64,000 bases of DNA from a virus. Positions 21,009 through 30,830 of this stretch are shown piece after piece. The position numbers and the translations under genes are program-made. Each line of letters starts with the position of its first letter. Position 1 is the stretch's first letter. The notes under the pieces are model-generated. The model saw nothing but the letters and a program-made list of their open reading frames with translations. It was not told the DNA's origin and searched no databases. The stretch lies in IMG/VR virus record IMGVR_UViG_3300046314_000711, one strand, 5' to 3'.

Positions 21009-21599
21009 TTGATTGGGCATTGTGTGACCTGGCTATACCAACGAGTAACGATTCCAAACTATGAAGCACTAGCTGCGGAACTCAAATCAACCTTTGATGT
21101 ATTGACACGCAGTTACACTAGTGTCCAGCGCACCCAATTGTATATTACCTTATATGCTCATGAGATGTTGCCACTGTCTCCATTGTTGTACTCGTTCTTG
21201 AAATCTATTGGGCTACTCAACCGCTTTATGAAGAGTATCAATAGTACTCCAAATATCACTGTATCAAATATACTTCACATCGATTCCCCAAATAATTCAA
21301 TAAAGTATTCGTTCAACCTTCCCCTAAGTGATTGTAATGGTACCTACACAGCTTTTTATGCAGCTGATTCACCGCTTGTACTATCACCTTCAGGTAGAAA
21401 TTTAATTGCTCCACCTGGAATGGTTGAGCACGAGATAGATAGGGTGGAGTGTTCTACACCTATGTTCATTAATGCTAACACGCCCCACATGGGGGTATCA
21501 ACTAGACCTGGGCGGCTACTAATGTGTATTCGGTTTACTCCTGAATTAACTCGCCTGGAAGTCCAGCATATATGTAGCATCTTGAAATTCGCAGAATGA
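21009..21599 (+). CDS. Putative 2OG-Fe(II)/cupin-like oxygenase
   Basis: LHID...FNLPL...PH.G...R pattern. Confidence 0.5.
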   Translation: MIGHCVTWLYQRVTIPNYEALAAELKSTFDVLTRSYTSVQRTQLYITLYAHEMLPLSPLLYSFLKSIGLLNRFMKSINSTPNITVSNILHIDSPNNSIKYSFNLPLSDCNGTYTAFYAADSPLVLSPSGRNLIAPPGMVEHEIDRVECSTPMFINANTPHMGVSTRPGRLLMCIRFTPELTRLEVQHICSILKFAE

Positions 21600-21712
21600 G
21601 AAGCATAACTTTGATCTGAGTTGATAGTAAAATACATGCAAGCGCACAAAATTGACATGACGTGGACCTAATTGCTACTAAATACAGTGGTAACAATAAA
21701 GGGTATTTTAAT

Positions 21713-24277
21713 ATGGCAACTTTTCAACACAGTTCGATAACGGGCGCAGACGTTCATAGCGTAGTAGCGTTTACAGCAACATCTACGTCAGCTCGTGACG
21801 CGCTATCGGTGGCAGCAGGTGATATCGGTAAGGTTTGCCGGGTCACCGCCGATAACACATTTTACATTTTAACAAGCACTTCTCCAGCCGTCTGGTCCCC
21901 GTTCAGCCCAACACCGTCTCTAGCTACTGTAGCAACATCTGGTGCATATGCTGATTTAACTGGTGCACCGTCTCTAGCTACTGTAGCAACATCTGGTGCA
22001 TATGCTGATTTAACTGGTGCGCCAACGATTCCTGATGTGTACACTCTACCAACTTCTTCCACATTGGTGCTAGGTGGTGTGAAAGTAGACGGTTCGACTA
22101 TCGACATTAATGGTAGTGGGGTTATTAGCGTAATAGGTGGTAGTGCTGCAACTCCTACAGCACGCGGTGCTGTGTACGGATCTGTAGACAACTTGGAAAA
22201 TACTGGAATCGGCAAATTCGCTCAAGCTACTGTTTCTACCACACTAACAGGCGATCGCAACACATCTGTTGGTGTATATTCACTGTATTCAATAACATCC
22301 GGTAATGATAATGCTGGTCTTGGTCACAATAGCTTACGTGGTTTGATATCGGGCAATCAAAACTCCGGTTTTGGCGCGTACTCGCTAAAAGCATTGACCA
22401 CTGGAAATCGAAACGTCGGTTTTGGTGCTCAATCTGGTGCAAATATTACAGGAGGCTATGGTAACATCGCGGTTGGCGTATTAGCACTCGATCAGTTGCG
22501 CGACGGCAGCCAAAACATCGCTATTGGTCAAGATTCACTAAAAGCACTGCGTAATGATGGTAGTACATACAATCAGCATTTCAATATTGCAATCGGTGCA
22601 TGGAGTGGTACAACCTTGACTTCAGGATACGATAACATTATTATCGGTACTAATGCAGAACCTTCCAGCGCCACTGTAAGTGGTGAAGTAACACTAGGTA
22701 CTACTACCTCCGTCAATAGATTCAGAATACCTGGCATTGGCTTGGATATTTCCAAAGCTGACGCCCAGGCAAACCACGACGGAAAAGTACTAGCATGGAG
22801 CACTGCTGCAAATTCCAGTGCTGGTGGATTTGTGTGGACTACCCCATCTACTTCGTACACCCTGCCAACAGCTTCTACGACAATATCAGGTGGTGTTAAA
22901 GTTGATGGTACCACAATTGCAATTGACGGCAGTGGCGTTATTAGTAGTATTGCTAGTGCTGCAGCTACTCCTACTGCATACTCGAAGCGCTTGATGCTTA
23001 CTGGCTCATCCACGATAGCTGGTACTGGTGCATCATCGTACGCCAACTCTTACGCCGGTAAACTAACAACTGCAATGACTGCACGTGGTTGGACTGTTGC
23101 GAATACAGGCATTTCAGGAAATGCGTCGCAAAATGTGATCGATAGATTCTATACTGATATTGCTCCTTTCAAACCTGATGTTGTAATGATCGGATTGACA
23201 ATTGCAAACGAAGGTATTTCGGGTAACGTCAACTTCAATAATGGTAAATTTGTTGGAGTGCAAACATACCTTAAAAACATATACAAGTTGGTTGATATGT
23301 GCAGGCAGATTGGTGCAAAAGCAATAATTGCAGGTCAATTTTCTCGTAACGAATATAACGGTAACGACTACGCATTTGCAAAATTTGTTGACAAAGAGCT
23401 ACAAACATCAAATATCCCTTATATCTTGTTGATGGGAACTGTTGATGACGGCACAGGTAATTACAAAACATTCATGACACCTGACGGCGTCCACCCAAAT
23501 AATCTTGGTCACGAAGCAATGTATCGTGCAATACCGCTATCGATGTTTGATAGAATACCAAACGGATTCCAGTACTGGGATGTTGACTATCCAAGCAGTG
23601 GCGTATATTTGAGTACTAATGACAACGTTGCATCCCCTATCAATATTCCACTAGATAACGTCAATAACGGTTATACAATTAGTTCATTGTCTGTTGAGCC
23701 AATTGGATGCTATTCAGTTGCGTTCTGGATTAAGAAGCGTAGTGGAGCTGCGAATGGACTCGCCTTTTTTGCTGCAAACAACAACGGTACCACTGGTGCT
23801 CCATTGCGCCTCCGTCAAGCAACTGGTAGTGAGTTGTATGAACTAGCAACTGGTGGCACAATCGTAGCTTCCGCAGTTAGTGCAGCAGATTTGCTTCCTC
23901 ACCACGTTGTTATAACTTACGAATACCAAGCAGGTCAATCTGTTGACGTAGCTAGTTTATACATTGACGGCGTGCTAATCGGTTCCGCTAATACTAACTT
24001 CGTAGGACAAAATCCATACTCATTCTCTCTGTTGGGTCGTCCAGACAATGCTGGTGTCAACGCTGTTGGTTATGAGATCTCTAAATTTGGTGCATGGAAG
24101 TCTGCACTAACACCTGATCAAGTTAAAGAAGCATACAGAGGTCGTTACCCTAAAGGTGGTTGCATTGCGTACTTGCCATTGTCAGATGCTAATACTGTAC
24201 AAGGTATTACATTGACACAAGTTGCAGCGTCTGATCGACTAGCAATTGTCAACAGTGCTAACATCGTATCGGTGTAA
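21713..24277 (+). CDS. Tail fibre / receptor-binding protein with SGNH hydrolase and LamG-like domains
   Basis: LATVATSG repeats, GGVKVDG repeats, N.A.G beta-roll repeats, GSS/DGVHPN SGNH motifs, LYIDG. Confidence 0.8.
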   Translation: MATFQHSSITGADVHSVVAFTATSTSARDALSVAAGDIGKVCRVTADNTFYILTSTSPAVWSPFSPTPSLATVATSGAYADLTGAPSLATVATSGAYADLTGAPTIPDVYTLPTSSTLVLGGVKVDGSTIDINGSGVISVIGGSAATPTARGAVYGSVDNLENTGIGKFAQATVSTTLTGDRNTSVGVYSLYSITSGNDNAGLGHNSLRGLISGNQNSGFGAYSLKALTTGNRNVGFGAQSGANITGGYGNIAVGVLALDQLRDGSQNIAIGQDSLKALRNDGSTYNQHFNIAIGAWSGTTLTSGYDNIIIGTNAEPSSATVSGEVTLGTTTSVNRFRIPGIGLDISKADAQANHDGKVLAWSTAANSSAGGFVWTTPSTSYTLPTASTTISGGVKVDGTTIAIDGSGVISSIASAAATPTAYSKRLMLTGSSTIAGTGASSYANSYAGKLTTAMTARGWTVANTGISGNASQNVIDRFYTDIAPFKPDVVMIGLTIANEGISGNVNFNNGKFVGVQTYLKNIYKLVDMCRQIGAKAIIAGQFSRNEYNGNDYAFAKFVDKELQTSNIPYILLMGTVDDGTGNYKTFMTPDGVHPNNLGHEAMYRAIPLSMFDRIPNGFQYWDVDYPSSGVYLSTNDNVASPINIPLDNVNNGYTISSLSVEPIGCYSVAFWIKKRSGAANGLAFFAANNNGTTGAPLRLRQATGSELYELATGGTIVASAVSAADLLPHHVVITYEYQAGQSVDVASLYIDGVLIGSANTNFVGQNPYSFSLLGRPDNAGVNAVGYEISKFGAWKSALTPDQVKEAYRGRYPKGGCIAYLPLSDANTVQGITLTQVAASDRLAIVNSANIVSV
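21912..22020 (+). repeat. Perfect 54-bp tandem duplication (PSLATVATSGAYADLTGA x2)
   Basis: Identical units starting at 21912 and 21966. Confidence 0.9.
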
Positions 24278-24310
24278 ACTATAAGGAGTGTAAAAATCAA
24301 TACCTCTGGC

Positions 24311-24703
24311 TTGAAAACAATCATAGCAGGCTCACGTGGAATTACTGACTATAATATAGTCCACAAGGCGATATACGAATCGCCTTGGGTAATTACTGAA
24401 GTGGTGTCTGGTGGTGCTAGAGGTGTTGATACACTTGGCGAACAAGCGGCTGCCGCATTCGCCATCCCTGTGAAAGTATTTCCAGCTGCTTGGGCCACAC
24501 ACGGTCGAGCAGCTGGTCCTATTCGCAACCAAGAAATGGCTGAGTACAGTGATGGACTCATCGCAATATGGGACGGAGTAAGTACTGGAACTGCGGATAT
24601 GATCAGACGAGCGGAACGTATGAAGTTACGCGTTCACGTGATCAATCTGTCAACCGTGCCTGTGAAACCGTGGTACGATGATATGGATGAGTTTGGGTTT
24701 TGA
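24311..24703 (+). CDS. SLOG/YspA-like (DUF2493) protein
   Basis: IIAGSR, VSGGARGVD, AGPIRNQEMA, WDGVSTGT. Confidence 0.85.
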   Translation: MKTIIAGSRGITDYNIVHKAIYESPWVITEVVSGGARGVDTLGEQAAAAFAIPVKVFPAAWATHGRAAGPIRNQEMAEYSDGLIAIWDGVSTGTADMIRRAERMKLRVHVINLSTVPVKPWYDDMDEFGF

Positions 24704-24713
24704 AAAATAACTG

Positions 24714-24892
24714 TTGACCCACTTTTCAAAATGTGTTACATTTAACTTATCGGTTCGCAAGAATGAAAGTTTGAACTAACCTGTTGACCAGATTTCGAAA
24801 ATGTGTTACATTAGACAAATCGGTTGATAAAAAAGATTTTTCTCCTAAACCATGAAAAATCGTTGACCACAAGAAGAGTTTGCATATATACT
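24714..24892 (+). promoter_or_regulatory. Three tandem sigma70-type promoters upstream of the tRNA operon
   Basis: TTGACC-17-TACATT at 24714 and 24784; TTGACC-18-TATACT at 24863. Confidence 0.8.
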
Positions 24893-24929
24893 TAAAAGAC
24901 TGATTAATTTAACTTAAAGAGAAACTAAA

Positions 24930-25037
24930 ATGAACGCCGTATTACTGAATCAACAACCGCTCTGTGCGCAACCGAATTATTGGTTGCAGCAAGCCTTTGT
25001 GCATTCGTTTTCCGCTAGTTCTGTAGAGACTCTCTAA
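24930..25037 (+). CDS. Putative 35-aa leader peptide
   Basis: AGAG RBS-like site; MNAVLLNQQPLCAQPNYWLQQAFVHSFSASSVETL; terminator follows. Confidence 0.5.
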   Translation: MNAVLLNQQPLCAQPNYWLQQAFVHSFSASSVETL

Positions 25038-25065
25038 TAGAATAAAAAGCAAAAACAAATTTCAC

Positions 25066-25093
25066 AAGGGCTCCCTACAAGGAGCCCTTTTTT
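25066..25093 (+). terminator. Intrinsic terminator or attenuator before the tRNA operon
   Basis: AAGGGCTCC-CTACAA-GGAGCCCTT plus T run. Confidence 0.85.
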
Positions 25094-25152
25094 ATTGAGC
25101 GATCGTGCACAATAAAGTGATGTTCATTAAAAATTAAAGAATATTGTAGTGC

Positions 25153-25225
25153 AGAGTGTTGGTGTAATTGGCAACATACAGAATTCCAAATTCTGCTGAT
25201 TTCAGTTCGAATCTGAAGCGCTCTG
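25153..25225 (+). tRNA. tRNA-Trp(CCA), no CCA end, acceptor extended by flanking inverted repeat
   Basis: CAGAA-TTCCAAA-TTCTG, TTCAG-TTCGAAT-CTGAA. Confidence 0.88.
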
Positions 25226-25260
25226 CACTGCAATATTTGCGAAGAAATAGTTTTCTTTGT

Positions 25261-25344
25261 CCGTGTATAGGCTAGCCTGGTCAAGTCACTCGTTTTGGGG
25301 GCGAGAGTAGTAATACATCGCTGGTTCGAATCCAGCTACACGGA
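25261..25344 (+). tRNA. tRNA-Pro(UGG) with long variable region and extended acceptor
   Basis: CCGTGTA/TACACGG, CTCGT-TTTGGGG-GCGAG, canonical T-arm. Confidence 0.85.
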
Positions 25345-25360
25345 CAAAGAAAATTAATAT

Positions 25361-25445
25361 GGGGTGTTATACCGTTAAAGAGACGGTCCGGATTGTAAAC
25401 CCGGCGCTTTAAGCTCAGATGGAGCATTACCATCACACCCCACCA
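25361..25445 (+). tRNA. tRNA-Tyr(GUA), non-canonical D/T loops
   Basis: GGGGTGT/ACACCCC, loop TTGTAAA, T-loop AGCATTA, ACCA. Confidence 0.8.
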
Positions 25446-25463
25446 AAAATTAGTAATCTGTGC

Positions 25464-25538
25464 TGTGGTAGAGGCGTCTTGGTGACAACCGCGGAACTGT
25501 TAATTCCGATTAGCGTGTATCGTTCACACGTACCACAG
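25464..25538 (+). tRNA. tRNA-Asn(GUU)-like, degenerate T-loop, extended acceptor
   Basis: CGGAA-CTGTTAA-TTCCG, TGTGGTA/TACCACA. Confidence 0.65.
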
Positions 25539-25563
25539 CACAGATTACTTAATAAAGCATTGC

Positions 25564-25642
25564 TGGCATATAGCTCGGTTGGTAGAGCGCTCAGTCTGGA
25601 CCTGAGAGACGCACATAAGTCGTATACATAGGTTTGAATGCT
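25564..25642 (+). pseudogene. tRNA-Pro-like 5' half with degenerate 3' half
   Basis: TAGCTCGGTTGGTAGAGC D-arm and CTCAG-TCTGGAC-CTGAG present; no T-arm or acceptor partner. Confidence 0.5.
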
Positions 25643-25663
25643 ACTAACGAAGTCAGTATTTTT

Positions 25664-25738
25664 CTCGGTAAAGCGTTGATGGCGTCGCACGTGTTTTGGG
25701 AACATGAGGGGAAGTTTCGAGCACTTCTACCGAGACCA
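25664..25738 (+). tRNA. tRNA-Pro(UGG)
   Basis: CTCGGTA/TACCGAG, loop TTTGGGA, ACCA. Confidence 0.85.
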
Positions 25739-25746
25739 AGTTTTAT

Positions 25747-25818
25747 GGGGGCAGCAGTGGGCTGCGGTTCTGCCTTGCAAGTAGAATGTCTAGTGGGATT
25801 CGATTTCCCCGGCCTCCA
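25747..25818 (+). tRNA. tRNA-Ala(UGC)-like, atypical D-arm
   Basis: G3:U70 acceptor GGGGGC/GCCTCC, TTCTGC-CTTGCAA-GTAGAA, GGGA-TTCGATT-TCCC. Confidence 0.65.
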
Positions 25819-26198
25819 CACATTTTCGGATAGCACCTTGCTATCTCTCAATCCACTGAATAGGTCGGTGGCGTGTTAATCGACTCTGCACACGCAGGGT
25901 TTTCAGTATCTACGATAAAGGTACGGCTAAGTTGTAATGCTAAAGAATTTATGCGCGATATGTCGAAAAGTGAGACAACTGCCTTTGACGCAGTACCAAA
26001 GAAGGGGCAGTACCTTCATCGCGTTCCAACTTATAGGAGATACTGTGAAAGCATTTGGTTCTAAACGAGCATACCACGACTGCCGAGTTTATCGTGCAGG
26101 ACGTGGTAAAAAGATCCTCTTCACCACTGGTGTCAAGAGTCGCAAACACGGTCGCAAGACTGTAATATTGCAAGATGGTGAGAATTGATAGAGATTGC

Positions 26199-26278
26199 GC
26201 CCCTGTTGACAAATTGGAAAAGTCGTCTTTTTTAGAAAAAGAAATATTTTGCAGGTTCGAAGCCTGTCGGGGGCACCA
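26199..26278 (+). tRNA. tRNA-Leu(UAG), short variable arm
   Basis: GCCCCTG/CGGGGGC, loop TTTAGAA, ACCA. Confidence 0.85.
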
Positions 26279-26697
26279 AGTTTACAAGGAGATCGCAATA
26301 TGAGCAAAAACGCAAAAAAGATCGCAGTACTAGAATCACGTATTGCAGAGTTGGAAGCAGAAATGAAGATGTCACTTCAAAGGAAGTTGTCTGGTAAGGT
26401 GGCATTTGATGTACCTGGCTGTCTTCGCAAGATTGCCGATCTGCGTAAAGATGTCAGCAACCTGAAGTGAGAGTGCGATGCCATCATAATGATGGCACTA
26501 TTTTATGTCGTAGATTAGTGGAACCTGGAAAGCATCCGTACAAATGTGGACTGGAGGGCGCAACGAGTTGTTTGAAGCTAGTGGAGTGGCCACAAAGCCA
26601 GCAGAATCAATCTTCGTATGCTTAAATCGCTGTTCTTGGGTGAACGGAGACACTGTGTTGTGTAATGGTGCAGTCGACATAAAATAGTTATAATTTT

Positions 26698-26780
26698 GCG
26701 AGTGTGGTGGAACGGGATACACTACTGTCTTAAACGCAGTCGCCCGTAAGGGATTGAGGGTTCGAGTCCCTCCACTCGCA
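26698..26780 (+). tRNA. tRNA-Leu(UAA)
   Basis: GCGAGTG/CACTCGC, loop CTTAAAC, long variable arm. Confidence 0.92.
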
Positions 26781-26801
26781 CACATTTTTAGACTTTATTG
26801 A

Positions 26802-26885
26802 GTAGGCGTGGCAGAGCGGTCGAATGCGCGGGATTGCAATCCCCGATCCTTAAAGGACACGTCAGTTCAAATCTGACCGCCTACT
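26802..26885 (+). tRNA. tRNA-Cys(GCA) with long variable arm and extended acceptor
   Basis: GTAGGCG/CGCCTAC, U73, loop TTGCAAT. Confidence 0.85.
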
Positions 26886-26902
26886 CAATAAAGTTTTTAT
26901 AT

Positions 26903-26979
26903 GCCCCCGTACGCTAAGAGGTAGTGCGACTGGACTTAAAATTTAGTGGCTGGGAGTTCGAATCTCCACTTCTTCACCA
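26903..26979 (+). pseudogene. Chimeric tRNA-Leu(UAA) with non-pairing acceptor
   Basis: 5' GCCCCCG cannot pair with 3' CTTCTTC-ACCA; anticodon and T arms intact. Confidence 0.6.
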
Positions 26980-27010
26980 TTTATAAATAACAAACTGTTA
27001 ATAAAGTACG

Positions 27011-27628
27011 ATGAAACTCCAACATATTCTTGATGAAATGGCGTACAAAACCACTACACAACATCCTGAGTTTCCTCAGGAGCAAGTGGATGGATTTGCA
27101 AAATGGATACAAGATGGTAGCGTTGCTCATCCTGTCGAAGGCGGTAAATTCAAAGTCCTGCAAAAAGAATTCGCTTTCGCATTGTTTCGTGCTAGAGATG
27201 AAGCATTGTTGGGGTGGGTTTTGCTTGATGCTGAGAAAACTGAATATGGAATATCTGCATATCCTCTAAAAAACATCCAGATTCTACCAAAGTATCGTAA
27301 CACTGCAGCAATTGTTGTGCTGATAAACGCGATGCGGCTGATACTCAATCGCCCCGTGTTGATAGATAATCCAATATTTTCCGGTGGACAATCACTACTA
27401 AAAGCAATTATCGCTCGACCAGACACGATGCCTCGAGTTAAAACGATTAATAAACGCACAGGTGAAGTTAAACAATATACTGATATGGATTTAGTATATG
27501 ACGATACGATAGCAGTATTACTAGAACAACTCCATTGGAAACTAACTCATTGTGATATTCTCCCAGGAGGATATAGTCGAGACATTGTGCTTGAGTTTTT
27601 CTCAACCTACACTACTGACTTGATATAG
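27011..27628 (+). CDS. Hypothetical late protein
   Basis: TATAAATA at 26982; MKLQHILDE N-terminus. Confidence 0.7.
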   Translation: MKLQHILDEMAYKTTTQHPEFPQEQVDGFAKWIQDGSVAHPVEGGKFKVLQKEFAFALFRARDEALLGWVLLDAEKTEYGISAYPLKNIQILPKYRNTAAIVVLINAMRLILNRPVLIDNPIFSGGQSLLKAIIARPDTMPRVKTINKRTGEVKQYTDMDLVYDDTIAVLLEQLHWKLTHCDILPGGYSRDIVLEFFSTYTTDLI

Positions 27629-28021
27629 GACTTGACGACACATCAGTTTTCACTATATACTTGATATTAATGCACCTCTCAAGCTTCAACCGGTTACCCG
27701 AATTGCCGGTATTGCTCAAACTGAGAAGATGTGTTTAGGGCTTTACCCTATTCATATCAACCACATCTACTTCTGATCGCGGGTAGACATTCAATGCGGC
27801 AGGTATTCAAGCGACACGGACCGTCGTCCGACTACATCACTGACTTCCTATCTGGTGGAAACTACTTGGGATTAAGGTCTGTGAGGACATAAGATTGAAT
27901 GTCTCTGTTGCGGGACAGAGAACATTCAGCAGGGCACTAGGTGATATACCAAGTTGTGTAAGCACTACCCTGCTGAATGTTAAAGTGCGGTATACGCAAT
28001 ATACTTTCATAACCTACTCAT

Positions 28022-28498
28022 ATGTCATTTATTGCCACAGATTATATCAACCATACTGCAGTGCAGCAATTTACTGTCGTTAGCTCTGCGGCTGCAGAAG
28101 CACGTCCCCACTTATCATTTATGGCATGGTTGAAAGAGTACCGCACATTTTCAATTGGACTACCTCGACAAGTTGGAAAAACAACAGCACTGCTGGCGGT
28201 GTCAAATGAGTCTACTGCTATCATCTTCCCGACACCCTTGATGTTGGCTTATGTTAAACGTAGCCGCCTCTCTGTATCAGTTGGTCTCTACGATCCTGGT
28301 AGTTTTGTAGAGTATGCATCGTCGTATCACACGTCGAGTAATTCACCCAAACTAACTCAGATCTTTATGGATGAATTTGATTACATACCTACTCACCAAG
28401 CGGAACAGGTAATGAATGCTATAGAGATGCTACAGCATCGTGGCGGATTGGCGGACGATGTGTTCATTCTGAAGGTTGGCACTCCACCTTTTTGCTAA
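28022..28498 (+). CDS. Hypothetical protein with P-loop-like motifs
   Basis: PRQVGKTT and IFMDEF. Confidence 0.6.
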   Translation: MSFIATDYINHTAVQQFTVVSSAAAEARPHLSFMAWLKEYRTFSIGLPRQVGKTTALLAVSNESTAIIFPTPLMLAYVKRSRLSVSVGLYDPGSFVEYASSYHTSSNSPKLTQIFMDEFDYIPTHQAEQVMNAIEMLQHRGGLADDVFILKVGTPPFC

Positions 28499-28526
28499 AT
28501 ACTTAATATTCGTACAACTGTTTTAT

Positions 28527-29861
28527 ATGATGAGATTTATTGACTATTTAATTGAAGCGTCTTCCGGCGTGGATATGTGGGACAAGTACTACAAGGGTCG
28601 TCGGGTAATGACGACTATCAAACCGAAGGGGGCACAGTTATATGACGCTAATACCAATAAAGCAATCCCAGGAAAAAAACTGAGCGGTGGACACGAAGTG
28701 CTAGTTATTGGTGAGTATCCATTGCTACCAACACCGTCTCCAGCAGATATGGCACCTGGTTCGCGGTATGATTTGCGTGTTGGAGCTACTGATCCAGCAA
28801 ATGCTGCGTCAAAAGCATACCAACAGCGCAGCACTCCAGGTAATGACCCAAGTTTCGTTGACGTTGAATACAGTACTCGCACTAAAATTGCAGTGTACGA
28901 TGATGGTCACCAAAGCGTGTATCTTGTAAGCGTTAGTGATATTGCTAAGCCACTTCAAAAGAAGTTGTTTGTGTCACTAAAGCCTCAGAAAGTTTTAGCA
29001 GGCCGAGGTAAAGTTGAAAACGGATTCGCTGTGTTCCCTACATTGACTGCGTATAAGACAGAGTTGATCGCTGGAATTGAACAGTGTTCTGATCTGTCTA
29101 AGGAAGTTAAAGCATATTTAACGACATTGGTGATCGATGGAAGGAATGCAAGTGCTGTTCAACCAACGTATGACCAAACAGGAATTTCGAATAGCGTGCC
29201 ATCATACAATGCGCTAAACAATGATTTCTTGGAGATGATTGGCCCATTTGTAGTTGGAAAGAGTGGAAAGGTAGAAATTCCATTACGCGACAATGAGGCT
29301 ATGATTGATTTTAAAGTTGGTGGGGTAGGTTTTTCTTCAAAGCGTGCAGCCACAGTAGCAAATACACTAAAGTGTGGTGATGTGATTAAAGCACTTGGAG
29401 GACAAAAACTCAATCAGATGGAATTTTCATATCAACTCATGTCAACTCTTGCAACTGCTACTGTAAAGCAAGCACCAGCCGAACTGACAAACTTATTTAA
29501 TAGTAGTAAGTTCGCTTCGGAAATTGCTCAATTTGCTAGCGAACGAGTGTTCAAAAACAAGCGATCCACATGGCTTCCAGCAAAATCTGACTGGTCAATT
29601 GAAGATAACTACAACATGCAGATGACTACTATTGAGAAGTTCGTTAACCAGTGTGTCGCTCAAGGTTCTATAAATTTTGACAAATACGTCAATGAAGCAT
29701 TAATGGATGTGGGCGTAGTAAAAATGCAAATTAATCCACGCACTGGTGCATTGGATAAAATCGCGGTAACCCAACCTGGTTCAATGACTGCTTCTAAAGT
29801 TGGAATCCGGCACAAGGGTCGTGGATTCAAAGGCGGTGAACGTATGGGGTTTGTTCTGTAG
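28527..29861 (+). CDS. Hypothetical late protein
   Basis: TAAATA upstream; MRFIDYLIEA N-terminus. Confidence 0.7.
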   Translation: MMRFIDYLIEASSGVDMWDKYYKGRRVMTTIKPKGAQLYDANTNKAIPGKKLSGGHEVLVIGEYPLLPTPSPADMAPGSRYDLRVGATDPANAASKAYQQRSTPGNDPSFVDVEYSTRTKIAVYDDGHQSVYLVSVSDIAKPLQKKLFVSLKPQKVLAGRGKVENGFAVFPTLTAYKTELIAGIEQCSDLSKEVKAYLTTLVIDGRNASAVQPTYDQTGISNSVPSYNALNNDFLEMIGPFVVGKSGKVEIPLRDNEAMIDFKVGGVGFSSKRAATVANTLKCGDVIKALGGQKLNQMEFSYQLMSTLATATVKQAPAELTNLFNSSKFASEIAQFASERVFKNKRSTWLPAKSDWSIEDNYNMQMTTIEKFVNQCVAQGSINFDKYVNEALMDVGVVKMQINPRTGALDKIAVTQPGSMTASKVGIRHKGRGFKGGERMGFVL

Positions 29862-30060
29862 TGCTAACTTATCCTGAACTTGCTGCACTAGGCTTTTGTC
29901 CAGTGAAGAACTACGGGTGGATGAAAGCTTTCCCTCGGGGCTTCCGTCTTCCGCTATCCTGCCCAGCAGATCTATACAAAAGGCTCCCGCTGCAGATCCA
30001 GATTTTCTACGACTCTCCTATCGTTGATGGTAAGCGAGCATTAAAACGCCAACTAACCTG

Positions 30061-30830
30061 TTGACCTAAACTCAAACTGGCGATATAATGCTCCCTGTGT
30101 CTGGGAAATATCGCTGGTAAATAAAAGACTTGTAAATATTTTCAAATATCTGTTGACTTTAATAGAAAACGGTATATAATAGACCCTAATGCAGTGATCG
30201 AGCTGCTAAACAGAGTTCTTTAAAAAGTTGCTTGTTAGCGTCGTAATCTGGGATACCATGCTCGCCTGGTAAGAGTGTGAGGTAGTGGTCGCCAGCCACA
30301 ATAGATGAGGTTCGACTCCTCCACGACGCTAATAAGCAACTTTTTAAAAGATTCTGTTGACCTTAAAAGATTTTAGGGGATAATAGACGTACAGATAGTG
30401 ATCGCACTACTAATAATAGAGTTCTTTAAAAAGTTAGTTTGTTGTGCTGAAAGGTCCACCCACTGTCTTGTGGGGAGAAGGTAATAAGAAAGTTATCAGA
30501 TCCGTTTGATAGCAGAAATAACTTTAACAAACGAAACTTTTTAAAAGATTCTGTTGACCCTAGCCAAAATTGGGGTATAATGGAGACTAAGCAGTGATCG
30601 AGCTGCTTGATAGAGTTCTTTAAAAAGTTAGTGAAACCGCTGTTCATAGTGACGCCAGCTGAGATGCTGGGTAGCGCCAAAAAAGAACGAACAGTGGGAT
30701 GACTTGGATCATACCAAGCGTATCACAAAACTTTTTAAAAGATTCTGTTGACACATACTGAAAAGTGTGTGATAATAGACCCTAAGGCAGTTAAGACTGA
30801 TCACAGTAAACTGCAAAGTTCATTAAAAAT
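30061..30830 (+). repeat. Tandem array (about 200-nt period) of promoter / hairpin / boxA / cargo-RNA units
   Basis: TTGAC at 30061, 30153, 30357, 30554, 30748 with (T/G)ATAAT 16-17 nt later; GTTCTTTAAAAA at 30215, 30421, 30615; AACTTTTTAAAAGATTCTGTTGAC three times. Confidence 0.85.
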
